Positions 26,868 to 36,606 of a DNA stretch of 64,000 nt are shown piece by piece. A program made the translations under genes and the position numbers. Numbering within the stretch: position 1 is the stretch's first letter; every line of letters starts with the position of its first letter. A model generated the notes under the pieces. It was not told the DNA's origin, did not search any database, and saw only the letters and a program-made list of their open reading frames with translations. Source of the stretch: Candidatus Palauibacter sp. (GTDB lineage: Bacteria; Gemmatimonadota; Gemmatimonadetes; Palauibacterales; Palauibacteraceae). The DNA lies in NCBI RefSeq assembly GCF_965213655.1, contig NZ_CBDBZT010000003.1, forward strand, positions 1,927,733-1,991,732, given 5' to 3'.

Positions 26868-28052
26868 TCAGTTCGCGACCAGTCCGTAGAGGGCGACGGT
26901 CGGAACGCCCAGTTCGTCGCGCTGGCGCAGGAGGACCCAGTCCCGCCCCGCGTCGAGGACGACGCCGCTCGGCAGCGTGAGGCGGCGAAGCCATACGCCG
27001 TTCGCGTCCAGAAGATGCAGCTCCTCGCCCGCAGCCAGCCAGGCGTGGGTCTTGACCCAGAAGGCGCCGTCCGGCAGTGGGATAAGAGCCTCGTACGCCG
27101 GGAAGCGCTCCGGAAGCTGATCCCGGATGTCGGGCCAGACGTCCCGCTCGAAGTTCCGCCGGGCTTCGTCCTCGTCGTACCGCGCCAGCCACCCTTCCCG
27201 ATAGCTGTCGACGCGGTCGCCCGTCACCGTGAGGTCGGGACCGCCCCAGCGGGCCACCCGCGTCACCCGACCCGTCCAGTCCAGGTGCTCGAGTTCGTAG
27301 TCATCGGCCGTCCCGTACCACACGCCGGTGCCGGCAGGCGCGAACTCCATGTCACGCCCCCACCAGCGCGGACCGCTGGCCCCGGCCTGGATGAAGAACC
27401 GTTCGGCGCCCGGGATCCCCGAGCGGAGGGTGACGACGCTATCCCTCTCGAAGGATTCGAGGACCGTTTGCCACCGGTAGAGGTCCCCCTCGGCCAGGTC
27501 TTCCTCGTAGCTCGCACCCATGTCGTCGGGCCACGGCGTGTAGACCAGGCGGCCGTCAGGCGCACAGAAGGGGTCGTTGTAAGGGCGGACGCCGGCTGCA
27601 AGGAGCGAGCGCGTCGCGAGTACGTTGCCATCGAGATCCAGCTCGGTGATGCGGTCGAGACTCCAGTCGAAGACGGTGAGCGGTGCCCCGGGGCAGTTCC
27701 TGAGCAGCCGCAGCCCCTTGTACTCCCCCGGCCCCTCGCCCGATCGCCCGCTGGTCCACAGGTGACGACCGTTCGCGTCGTAACGGCGGAGGTTGCCGCT
27801 CTGCTCGTCCGCGACGACGACGCTTCCGTCCTCGAGACGAACCCCACCCGTCACGTTGCCGAAGATGTATTCGAGCGGACCGTCGACGATCCCGATCCGC
27901 ACCAGCGGCTCGTCGGCCAGCGTCAGGTCGGCGTCACGCGGGGCTGCGCTCTCAACGACCTCCTGGCCGGCGAGCGCCTGCGGCGCCATGAGAATCGAAA
28001 CGGTGAGCAGTAGTACGGCGCCGCCTGGCAGGCCGAACCTGGGTCGGTGCAT
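26868..28052 (-). CDS. secreted NHL-repeat 6-bladed beta-propeller protein, paralog 2
   Basis: 394 aa with signal peptide MHRPRFGLPGGAVLLLTVSILMAPQALAGQ and SGEGPGEY NHL motifs. Close paralog of the 17490-18647 product. Confidence 0.8.
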   Translation of the reverse strand: MHRPRFGLPGGAVLLLTVSILMAPQALAGQEVVESAAPRDADLTLADEPLVRIGIVDGPLEYIFGNVTGGVRLEDGSVVVADEQSGNLRRYDANGRHLWTSGRSGEGPGEYKGLRLLRNCPGAPLTVFDWSLDRITELDLDGNVLATRSLLAAGVRPYNDPFCAPDGRLVYTPWPDDMGASYEEDLAEGDLYRWQTVLESFERDSVVTLRSGIPGAERFFIQAGASGPRWWGRDMEFAPAGTGVWYGTADDYELEHLDWTGRVTRVARWGGPDLTVTGDRVDSYREGWLARYDEDEARRNFERDVWPDIRDQLPERFPAYEALIPLPDGAFWVKTHAWLAAGEELHLLDANGVWLRRLTLPSGVVLDAGRDWVLLRQRDELGVPTVALYGLVAN

Positions 28053-28232
28053 TTGCGCCCCGCGGGGGAGGTGTGGACAGGGAACATCGATCTCGGACTG
28101 GGGACACAGGTTCGACGCGAGAGAGTTGCGTCGCGTTTACGTCATCTGCCACGAGGCTCGATCCATCGTTCACGCAATACGAAAGTCGTATGATTGGGAC
28201 AGACTACACGTTACCCATGGTACCGAGGTTCA

Positions 28233-30471
28233 GATGCGTTCCCTTTCCGTCGCCCTCGTTCTTCCCGCCGCAGTGCTCGCGCTGCCCCCGCAGATGCCGC
28301 TCGCCGCGCAGGAGCGGCCATTCACGTTCATGGATGTGCAGGAGATGAAACGCGCCGGCTCATGGACGCCGAGTCCGGACGGCGCGTGGATGCTCTACAC
28401 CGTGACGACCCCCGACTGGGAGGCGGCCGAGTCCCAGACGGACATCCACCTCGTGTCGCTGAGCGAGGGCGTCCCGTCGGATCGCCGGCTCACCTACACC
28501 GAGGACAAGGACGAACGCAGCCCGACCTGGGGTCCGGACGGGTCGTTTTTCCTCTTCGCCTCCAACCGGGATGGGGACGACACCCAGCTCTACATGATGC
28601 GCCACGACGGGGGCGAGGCCCGGAAGATCACCGACGCGGAGGAAGGCGTGTCCGGCTTCGCGTTCAGCCCCGACGGGCGCTGGCTCGTGTATCGCTCCGG
28701 GGAATCCAACCGGGAGCAACTCTACCGGCTGCCGGCCGACGACCTCGCGGACGCCGAGCCCGAACAGATCACCGACGGCGAGGCGGGCGTGGACCAGTGG
28801 GACTTCTCCCCTGACGGAAGCCGCGTCTACTTCGCGCGCCCCGATTCGTTCGACGAGGACGAGGTGAAGCGGCGCGAGGAGGGCTTCACGGTCGACGTCC
28901 GGAACGCGGTCACCCCGCTCTCGAGCCTGTGGAGCGTCGAGGTCGAGTCGGCCGCCGAGGAGCGCGAGACCGACGACCCCTCCTACAGCGTGAACAGCTT
29001 CACGATCTCCGACGACGGACGCTGGATCGGGATCACGGGCGGCTCGACGAAGCGCTACGAGCGCAACATCACTGCGCAGCGGCTCTATGCGGACCTCCAC
29101 CTCATGGAAGTGGCGACGGGCGAGATCGAGCGCTTGACCGACAACTACGAGGTCGGCGAGGGCGGACTCAGCTTCTCCCCGGATGGCCGCTGGATCGCTT
29201 TCTCCGCGCCGGACGAGATGGAGCGCTACTCGATGACGGAGAACCGCATCTACATCCGCGAGCTCGGGGACCGCGGGGGGGCGTTCCGGAAGCTGGGCGC
29301 GGAGTTCGACCAGAGTTCGAGCGTCGGGTTCTGGTCGGAGGATGCGAACACGATCTACTTCAACGCCGGCGTGAAGGTAACGACGCAGTTGCACGCCCTC
29401 GACGTGGAGACCGGCGCGGTGCGGCAGCTCACCGACGAGCTCGCGGCGCTCTCGGTGTCCCGGAATGACGACACGGGCACGCTTCTCATCAACTACAGCG
29501 ACCCGAAGACGCCGCCCACCGTATTCGCCGTCGCGAGCGTGGACGATGTCCCGGACCGCTCGAAGTGGACACAACTCGTCGACGTGAACCCCCAACTGCG
29601 CGAGGTGGCGTTCGGCGAGGAGGCGGAGGTCAACTGGCGTTCGTCCGATGGGAAGATGGTCGGAGGCGTTCTCGTCTATCCCGTGGACTACGAGGAGGGG
29701 ACGCGCTATCCGCTCATCGTCGCGATCCACGGGGGGCCGGCGTCGGCCGACATCCTGCGCTTCAACGGCGGGTACAGCGCGCAGGTGTACGCGGGGGCGG
29801 GCTACGCCGTGCTCAAGCCCAACTACCGCGGCTCGCGGAACTACGGGAACGCGCACCGCACGGACATCGTCGGCGACTACTTCACGATGGGCTACGAGGA
29901 CATCATCACGGGCGTGGACCACCTGATCGCCGAGGGCATCGTGGACGGCGACCGCATGGGCGCGCTCGGCTGGAGTGCGGGCGGCCACTGGTCCAACTGG
30001 ATCCTCACGCAGACGGACCGCTTCAAGGCGATCAGTTCGGGCGCCGGGACGATGAACTGGATCAGCATGTACGCGCAGAGTGATGTGCAGCGTAACCGGC
30101 AGTTCTACGTGGGCGACGGCTTCCTGTACGAGGACTTCGACACGTACTTCGACCAGTCCCCGCTCAAGTACATCGCGAACGCGAAGACGCCGACGATGAT
30201 CCACGTGGTGGAGGGCGACCCGCGCGTGCCGAGCCCGCAGTCGGTTGAACTCCACATGGCGCTCAAGAAGCTGGGCGTCCCGACGGAACTGTTCATGTAT
30301 CCCGGCCGGAGCCACGGCATCCCCGACCCGCGCAACCGGCTTGTGAAGGCGGTGAGCGAGATGGCCTGGATGGATTACTACGTGCGCGGCATGGGAGAGA
30401 AGTTCCAGTGGCGACAGGTGCTCGAAACGCTTGAGGCCGAGGAGGCCCCGACGGTCGTCTCGGAGCGTTAG
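28233..30471 (+). CDS. secreted S9-family serine peptidase (prolyl oligopeptidase / acylaminoacyl-peptidase-like, TolB-type propeller N-domain)
   Basis: Start ATG 28233 (MRSLSVALVLPAAVLALPPQMPLAAQE signal). The track start 27793 is an antisense artefact. Repeated FSPDG propeller blades. C-terminal hydrolase domain with GWSAGG (GxSxG) and the ...D...H tail. Confidence 0.85.
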
Positions 30472-30482
30472 CCGGAGCTCCA

Positions 30483-31571
30483 ATGAAGGGGAAACCGCGC
30501 CGTTTGGTCTGGCGGGCGGCCCGGACTGCGGCCGCGGTCGCGCTCGTCGTGGTGCCCTTCGGTTACGCGATCACCGAGGTCCACCGCGATGTCTGGATGG
30601 GAGCGGGCTGCGGGCTCGCCATCGGCGTGGGCATCGGCCTCCGGGGAGGCCCGCAAGCCGGTTCGTGGATGGGTATCCTCATTGGTTCGATGGTCGGGAT
30701 CTCCACCGCCTTGATTGCCGGCGCCACGCCCTGGAACAGCGTTAGCCTTCTCGTCGCACCGAACCTGGCACTGGCGGTCGGCATGCATGACGGGCTCCGC
30801 GAGACCTCCTTCTCCCGGTATCGGGGCATGAGCCGGGAGACAGTCATCCTGTCTGTCCTCATCGGCTTGGGGCTTTCCCCCGCCTGGGTCGCGTCGGACA
30901 GCCTGCGCTTCGTTCTGGTTCCACTCCTCTGCACGCCCTGGATCGCGCTGATGGCGGGGCTCCTCAGCCACCGCCGGGAGGGCTGGCAGGACACCCGTCC
31001 TCCCTGGCTCCTCGTCGTGAGTGCGGCACTGTCGTTTGCGCTCTTGCTCTTTCTGATTGTGCAAGGGCAGGCGGTATGGCTCTCGACCCCATGGACGGTT
31101 CCGGCTCTGCAATACGCCGGCCTCAGGGCGCTCGTGCTGGTTACGGCTCCCGCCGCCGCGTTCCTGCTGGGGCGCGTCGCCATCACGTGGCTGCAGCCGC
31201 GCCTTGGCGTGTACGGCCGGCTTGCCGACTACCTGCGCATCATGTGGGTGCCCATCGGAGGGTTCGCCGTCGGCTACCTGATGATCATCGTGCTGTTCGC
31301 GGGGTTCTACGGAATGCTCGAGCGTTTCAGCCCCGGCGCCTTCGCCGACGCCGCCGTCGGCATCAAGGAGTGGCTCTTCTTCGCGTTCTTCACCGGCCTC
31401 GCCCAGGATTACGCGACGACGGCCCCGGTCTCTGACGGCGCGCGCTTGCTGGTCGGTACCCACCTGATCCTCTCGGCGGGGTGGGTCGTGGTACTGTTTG
31501 CGGCGGTGATGTCATTCGTGGGCCCGAAGCTCAATCGGATCGCCAGACGCCACGCGGAGGAGGAACCATGA
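30483..31571 (+). CDS. polytopic membrane protein with a C-terminal K-channel-like pore module (Ion_trans_2-like) carrying DYA in place of GYG; copy A
   Basis: 362 aa with about 8 N-terminal TM segments. Then TM (VPIGGFAVGYLMIIVLFAGFYGML), pore-helix/filter WLFFAFFTGLAQDYATTAPVSDGARLL, and TM (VGTHLILSAGWVVVLFAAVMSFV). This aligns well to the 2TM K-channel consensus YFSFVTLTTVGYGDIVPVTDGGRLF. It starts 12 nt after the S9 peptidase stop. Confidence 0.75.
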   Translation: MKGKPRRLVWRAARTAAAVALVVVPFGYAITEVHRDVWMGAGCGLAIGVGIGLRGGPQAGSWMGILIGSMVGISTALIAGATPWNSVSLLVAPNLALAVGMHDGLRETSFSRYRGMSRETVILSVLIGLGLSPAWVASDSLRFVLVPLLCTPWIALMAGLLSHRREGWQDTRPPWLLVVSAALSFALLLFLIVQGQAVWLSTPWTVPALQYAGLRALVLVTAPAAAFLLGRVAITWLQPRLGVYGRLADYLRIMWVPIGGFAVGYLMIIVLFAGFYGMLERFSPGAFADAAVGIKEWLFFAFFTGLAQDYATTAPVSDGARLLVGTHLILSAGWVVVLFAAVMSFVGPKLNRIARRHAEEEP

Positions 31572-32664
31572 GTCGTTTGATCTGGCTGGGGATCCGGATT
31601 GCGGCCGCGGTCGCGCTCGTCGTCGCAACCTGTGGGTACGCGATCACCCGGGAACCACACCGACGTTCTGCTGGGGGCGGGGTTTGCGGTTGCCGTCGGT
31701 GTCGGCGTCGGCCTCCGGGGGGGATCGGGGCGTCACCCGTGGACCGGCATCCTGATCGGCTCCACGCTCGGCGTCTTCACGACGTTCCTGAGCGCGGCGT
31801 GGACCGGCTGGGGCGTCATCCTGGCGCCCCAGCTCGCCCTGGCGGTCGGCTTGATCGATGGGCTCGGCCGGTCGTCGTTCCACAGGTACCGGGATGTGAT
31901 CCGGGAGACGTTCATCATCGCCGTCCTGCTGAGCCTGGGGCTCATCCCCGCAATGGCAGCGGGGGTAGTGAACGATCTCCTTCTGGGACTATTGCTGGTG
32001 CTCATGCCTCTGCTGCTCATGCCTTGGACCGCGCTGCTGCTCGGCCTCCTCAGCCGGCGCCGCGAGAGATGGGACCGACGCCCGCCCCCCCCTGCTGCTG
32101 GTCCTCGGTGCGGTTGCGCTGCCCGTCGGCTTCGGCCTCCTGTTCGGGTTCGGGGTGATTAGGGATTTCGAAGCCTTGTCGGGCATCCAGCAGGTTGCGG
32201 CAATCGTGATATCCATGACCTCCATTTTGGTGCTGATTCCGGCGGCCGGGTTTCTTCTGGGGCGCGCCGCCGCCGCCTGGCTCCGTCCGCGGCTGGAGGT
32301 GTACGGCCAGCTCGCCGCCTACCTGCGGGTCATGTGGGTCCCGATCGGCGGGTTCGCGGCCGGCTATCTGACGATCATCTTTCTCTTCGCGGGATTCTAC
32401 GGAACGCTGGAGCGTTTCAGCCCGGGCGCGTTCGCCGACCCGGGCACAGGGATTGCGGACTGGGTGTCCTTCTCTTTCTTCACCGCGGTGGCCCAGGACT
32501 ACGCGGCCATCGTCCCGGTCTCGTCCGGTGCCAGAATGCTGGTCGGCGTGCACCTGATCCTCGCGGTAGGCTGGGCACTGGTGTTGTTCGCGGCGGTGAT
32601 GACCTCCATCGAGCCGAAGCTCGCCCGGATCGCGCGGCAGCAGGAGGACGAAGACGGCGAATGA
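31568..32664 (+). pseudogene. copy B of the channel-like paralog, disrupted by two frameshifts (near 31655-31662 and in a C8 run at 32085-32092)
   Basis: The N-terminus MSRLIWLGIRIAAAVALVVATCGYAITRE is in frame 2 (ATG 31568 overlaps the copy-A stop, ATGA). Homology continues in frame 0 (…HTDVLLGAGFAVAVGVGVGLRGG…). After the poly-C tract it continues in frame 1 (…LLLVLGAVALPVGFGLL…VAQDYAAIVPVSSGARMLVGVHLILAVGWALVLFAAVMTSIEPKL). All three segments are collinear with copies A and C. Confidence 0.55.
32085..32092 (+). repeat. C8 homopolymer tract at the second frameshift of channel copy B
   Basis: cgcccgccccccccctgctg. The reading frame switches across this run. Confidence 0.6.
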
Positions 32665-32683
32665 CCACCGTGAGGCGGAACCC

Positions 32684-33778
32684 GTGCACCGCTTGATCTG
32701 GCTGGCAGTCCGGATTGCGGCCGCGGTCGCCGTCATCGTCGTGCCCTTCGGCTACGCCACGGCGGGGAGCAACGCCGGCGTCGCGGTGGGCGCCGGGTGC
32801 GGTCTCGCCATCGGTGCGGCGGTCGGCCTCAGCGGGAACCGGGGGCCGAGGCCGTGGACCGGCATCCTCGTCGGCTCGCTGGTCGGCATCGGCGCCGTGC
32901 TTGCCTCCAGGGTGGCCGTCACAAGCGGAGCCATTGCCATGTCGCCGGTGCTCGCCTTCGGCGTCGGCCTGATCCACGGCGAAGACCTGCTGGACGGGGT
33001 CGGGGGGACCTCCTTCGCGGGCTATCGGGACGCGTTCAAGGAGACGTTGTTCGTATCCGTCCTCCTCGCGCTTGGGCTCCTGCCCGCCATCTATGCGCTG
33101 GCGACACCGTCGCTCTTCGTGGACATCTTTCTGTTCGTGCCTTTCGTGGCGCTTTCGGCCGGCCTGCTCAGCCGCCGCGCCGCCGGATGGCGCGACACCC
33201 GCCCTCCCGCGCTGCTGGTGCTCGCCACGGTTCCCACCGTCGGGTATGCGGGTGGCGCGATTGTCCTGGGTTTGATGGAGGACGACCCCCGGTTGGGCAT
33301 CGGCACCGGCCTGGGGACCGCAGCGGGCTTGCTGCTCCTTGAACTGGCCGTCACGGCGGCTTTCTTCGTATTCGGGCGCGCAGCGATCATCTGGTTCCGC
33401 CCGCGGTTTCGAGTGTACAGCGGCCTCTCCGACTACCTGCGCGTCATGTGGATCCCGATCGGCGGGTTCGCCATCGGCTACGTGACGATCATCGTCCTGT
33501 TCGCCGGTTTCTACGGCATGTTGGAACACTTCAGCCCGGGGGCGTTCTCCGCCGCCGGCACCGGGATCGTCGACTGGCTGTTCTTTTCGTTCTTCGCTGC
33601 CCTCGGCCAGGACTTCGCGACCGTTGCCCCGGTTTCGGTCGGCGCCCGCGCGCTCGTCGGCATCCACCTGATCCTCTCGGCGGGTTGGGTCGTGGTGCTG
33701 TTCGCGGCGGTGATGACCTCCATCGGCCCCAAGCTGGAGCGGATCGCGAGACGCCACGCGGAGGACGACGGCGACTGA
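32684..33778 (+). CDS. copy C of the channel-like paralog (intact)
   Basis: 364 aa; MHRLIWLAVRIAAAVAVIVVPFGYA…; pore module WLFFSFFAALGQDFATVAPVSVGARALVGIHLILSAGWVVVLFAAVMTSIGPKL. Confidence 0.75.
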   Translation: MHRLIWLAVRIAAAVAVIVVPFGYATAGSNAGVAVGAGCGLAIGAAVGLSGNRGPRPWTGILVGSLVGIGAVLASRVAVTSGAIAMSPVLAFGVGLIHGEDLLDGVGGTSFAGYRDAFKETLFVSVLLALGLLPAIYALATPSLFVDIFLFVPFVALSAGLLSRRAAGWRDTRPPALLVLATVPTVGYAGGAIVLGLMEDDPRLGIGTGLGTAAGLLLLELAVTAAFFVFGRAAIIWFRPRFRVYSGLSDYLRVMWIPIGGFAIGYVTIIVLFAGFYGMLEHFSPGAFSAAGTGIVDWLFFSFFAALGQDFATVAPVSVGARALVGIHLILSAGWVVVLFAAVMTSIGPKLERIARRHAEDDGD

Positions 33779-33799
33779 CCCTGACGCCGCGACTGACCC

Positions 33800-35155
33800 T
33801 CAGGCTTTCCTGAAGCGCCAGCCGTACATGACGCGGCCGTAGTAGTTGAACATCTTCCGCGCCCCGGAGTCCTCGAAGGGGTAGTCCGCGCCGATCTGTC
33901 TCGCAGCCGCGAGTCCCGTGACGAAAGCCGTTTCCTGGCTGTTGATCAGCGTGTGGGCACCGCAGTGCCAGCTCCCCTTCCTGCCCTGAATGAGGCGGAA
34001 CAGGGGGACGATCCACGCGACGTGGCGCACGTCGTGCACGATATGCTGGAACCACCAGCGCTTGATGACCTTCCCGTCATCGATCTTGCTGATCGGGTTG
34101 TATGTCACCAGGCAGGGCTTGTCCGACCGCTTCGCCCACGGCTGCTGGTTGTGCATGATGTACGTGATCTCGTAGTTGTCCGGCCTGGCGCCGTACTGCT
34201 CGATATGGTTGCTCCGCGTCTCCACCGCCTTCACCTCGTCATCCGGCAGGACCGAGGCGTCCGAATGCACGACGGTATGGTTGTGGAGTTCGCTCTCGTA
34301 GCGGATCGATGAGAGGATGTAGCGCTCCAGGAACGACGGCTCGTCCAGCATCATCAGCGTCTGGTTCGCGTTGCTAGCGAAAATCACCGCGTCGAACCTT
34401 TCCTCTGCGCCGTTCTCGTCCTCGACGACGACATGGGACGGCCGCCGGTACACCTTACGGACGGGCCGGTTGAGATAGATCCTGTCCCGGAAACCCGCCG
34501 ACAGCTTCTCGTAGATCCGCCTGGTACCCTGGTCCCATGTCTGCATCGTCGTCGCGACTTCGATGTCGAAGAATTCGAGGTACTTGGAGAACAGAGAGGC
34601 GGGCATGTCGAAGACGTTGGTCGCCATCAGGAAGTTGACGAACATCGGCTTCAGGATCTTGTACCTGAAGTCCCCGGAGAGGCCGGCCAAATTGAGGACC
34701 GTTCCCATGCTGATGTAGTTGAACGGATTGAGGGCGTTCAGGAACTTCGAGCGCGCATTCGTGAGCCGGCCGAAGCGGTGCAGCACCCGCAGGATGCGCT
34801 GGAACTTCCGGATCTCGTGCTGCAGTTGTTCTCTGATGTCCGAATCGAAATCGTGAGCGTAGGTCCCCCCGCGATATTTGACGCTGTAGCTGAACCTCGT
34901 GTCGATCAGGTCGATGCCGAACTGTTCCAGCAACGCCATGAAGTGCTGATATACGGACGGAATGCAGGCGGTGACGGAGATGTCGAAGGGGATCGAGCCG
35001 CCGTCCTCCTGGGGCATGTCGACCGTGACGGCGTTCCCGCCCAACTGCTCGCGGGCCTCGAAGAGCCGGAAGTCGAACCGGTCCGAATCGTGATGCAGCG
35101 CCCATGCGGCCCCGAGGCCAGAGACGCCTCCACCGATGATGGCGATCTTCCGCAT
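33800..35155 (-). CDS. NAD(P)/FAD-dependent oxidoreductase (COG2907-like, amine-oxidase fold)
   Basis: N-terminal Rossmann motif MRKIAIIGGGVSGLGAAW. C-terminal WWFQHIVHDVRH…GSWHCGAHTLINSQETAFVTGLAAARQI, typical of the COG2907 family often found next to cfa genes. Confidence 0.8.
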   Translation of the reverse strand: MRKIAIIGGGVSGLGAAWALHHDSDRFDFRLFEAREQLGGNAVTVDMPQEDGGSIPFDISVTACIPSVYQHFMALLEQFGIDLIDTRFSYSVKYRGGTYAHDFDSDIREQLQHEIRKFQRILRVLHRFGRLTNARSKFLNALNPFNYISMGTVLNLAGLSGDFRYKILKPMFVNFLMATNVFDMPASLFSKYLEFFDIEVATTMQTWDQGTRRIYEKLSAGFRDRIYLNRPVRKVYRRPSHVVVEDENGAEERFDAVIFASNANQTLMMLDEPSFLERYILSSIRYESELHNHTVVHSDASVLPDDEVKAVETRSNHIEQYGARPDNYEITYIMHNQQPWAKRSDKPCLVTYNPISKIDDGKVIKRWWFQHIVHDVRHVAWIVPLFRLIQGRKGSWHCGAHTLINSQETAFVTGLAAARQIGADYPFEDSGARKMFNYYGRVMYGWRFRKA

Positions 35156-35445
35156 TCAGCTCCCTTTCCCGGCGGCGGTCCCGGCGTCGCGCCGGCATCC
35201 CCGCATTCCGGCTGCAGTCCGTCACGCGCCGCCCACCTTTCGCCCCGCGATCCCGGTTGGCAAGTCGCCCTCGCCGGGGAAACGCTGCTCCGCGCATGGG
35301 TGTTCACAGTGCGTGGGCCGGGAGATGCTGCCGACGCTTGCCCACCGCCTGGTCTGGCGAGCCTTGCTGTTCGGGGGCTGCGCGCGACAGTTTTTTCGGG
35401 TTGCGGCAACAAATGTGAACGACGTGATTTTCTCCGGGAGTTGAG

Positions 35446-36606
35446 ATGAGCAAGCGCACCCCTCTGGCGATCTTCGCCGCCGGGCTTCTTCTGTCGACCG
35501 CGACTCCGGCCCTGGGTCAGGAGGTAATGCAGTCGGCGTACCACGACTACAGGCTCGTCCCGGTTGTGGAGGGACTGGTTCGCCCGTGGTCGATCGCGTT
35601 TCTGCCGGATGGCGAGATGCTGGTCACCGAGAAGGCGGGCACGCTTCGCGTCGTGCGCGACGGGCTGCTCCTGCCGGACCCCGTGAAGGGCGTGCCGGAG
35701 GTGATCTCGGCCGGGCAGGGCGGACTCCTCGACGTCGTGCCGCACCCGAACTTCGAGGACAACCGCCTCCTCTACCTGAGCTACTCGAAGCCCGACGACA
35801 CGGAGCGCGGGACGACTGCGGTCATCCGCGGGCGGTACGAGGACGGCGCTCTCACCGGCATCGAGGAGATCTTCCTGGCCGTCTCCGAGGGGCGGGGCCA
35901 CTACGGATCCCGCCTCGTCTTCGACGGGCAGGGACACATTTTCATCACGGTCGGGGATCGCCAGGCCTCGACGCGCGGCGACCTCTACGCCCATCCCGCG
36001 CAGAATCCCTCGAACCATCACGGCACGGTCAGCCGCGTGTACGAGGACGGCGGGATCCCCGAGGACAACCCGTTCGTGGACGACCCGAACATCCGCCCCG
36101 AGATCTGGAGCTTCGGCCACCGCAACCAGCAGGGGATGGTCATGAACCCGGAAACGGGCGAACTGTGGGCCACGGAGCACGGCCCGCAGGGCGGTGATGA
36201 GCTGAACCTCGTTCAGCCGGGGCTCAACTACGGCTGGCCCGTCGTGGGCTACGGGGTCAACTACGGTTCGGGCACCGCGATCCATGAGGGGACGCACAAG
36301 GAGGGGATGGAGCAGCCGGTCCACTTCTGGGTGCCGTCGATCGCGGTCTCCGGCCTCCTCTTCTACACGGGCGACCGCTTCCCGCACTGGAAGGGGAGCC
36401 TGTTCGTGGGCGGGATGGCCGGGGAGCAGTTGGCGCGTCTCACACTCGACGGGCAGGAGGTCGTGCGCGAGGAAACGCTCGTGCAGGGGTTCGGGCGCAT
36501 CCGCGATGTCCGGCAGGGTCCCGACGGGCTGATCTACCTGGCGATCGACGGCCGGCGGGGCGAAGCGACCGCGATCCTGCGCATGGAGCCCGTCGCTACG
36601 CGGTAG
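35446..36606 (+). CDS. PQQ-dependent sugar dehydrogenase (soluble glucose/sorbosone dehydrogenase family)
   Basis: Signal peptide, then PWSIAFLPDGEMLVTEKAGTLRVV and NHHGTVSRV… / GWPVVGYG… motifs of the sGDH six-bladed propeller. Confidence 0.85.
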   Translation: MSKRTPLAIFAAGLLLSTATPALGQEVMQSAYHDYRLVPVVEGLVRPWSIAFLPDGEMLVTEKAGTLRVVRDGLLLPDPVKGVPEVISAGQGGLLDVVPHPNFEDNRLLYLSYSKPDDTERGTTAVIRGRYEDGALTGIEEIFLAVSEGRGHYGSRLVFDGQGHIFITVGDRQASTRGDLYAHPAQNPSNHHGTVSRVYEDGGIPEDNPFVDDPNIRPEIWSFGHRNQQGMVMNPETGELWATEHGPQGGDELNLVQPGLNYGWPVVGYGVNYGSGTAIHEGTHKEGMEQPVHFWVPSIAVSGLLFYTGDRFPHWKGSLFVGGMAGEQLARLTLDGQEVVREETLVQGFGRIRDVRQGPDGLIYLAIDGRRGEATAILRMEPVATR

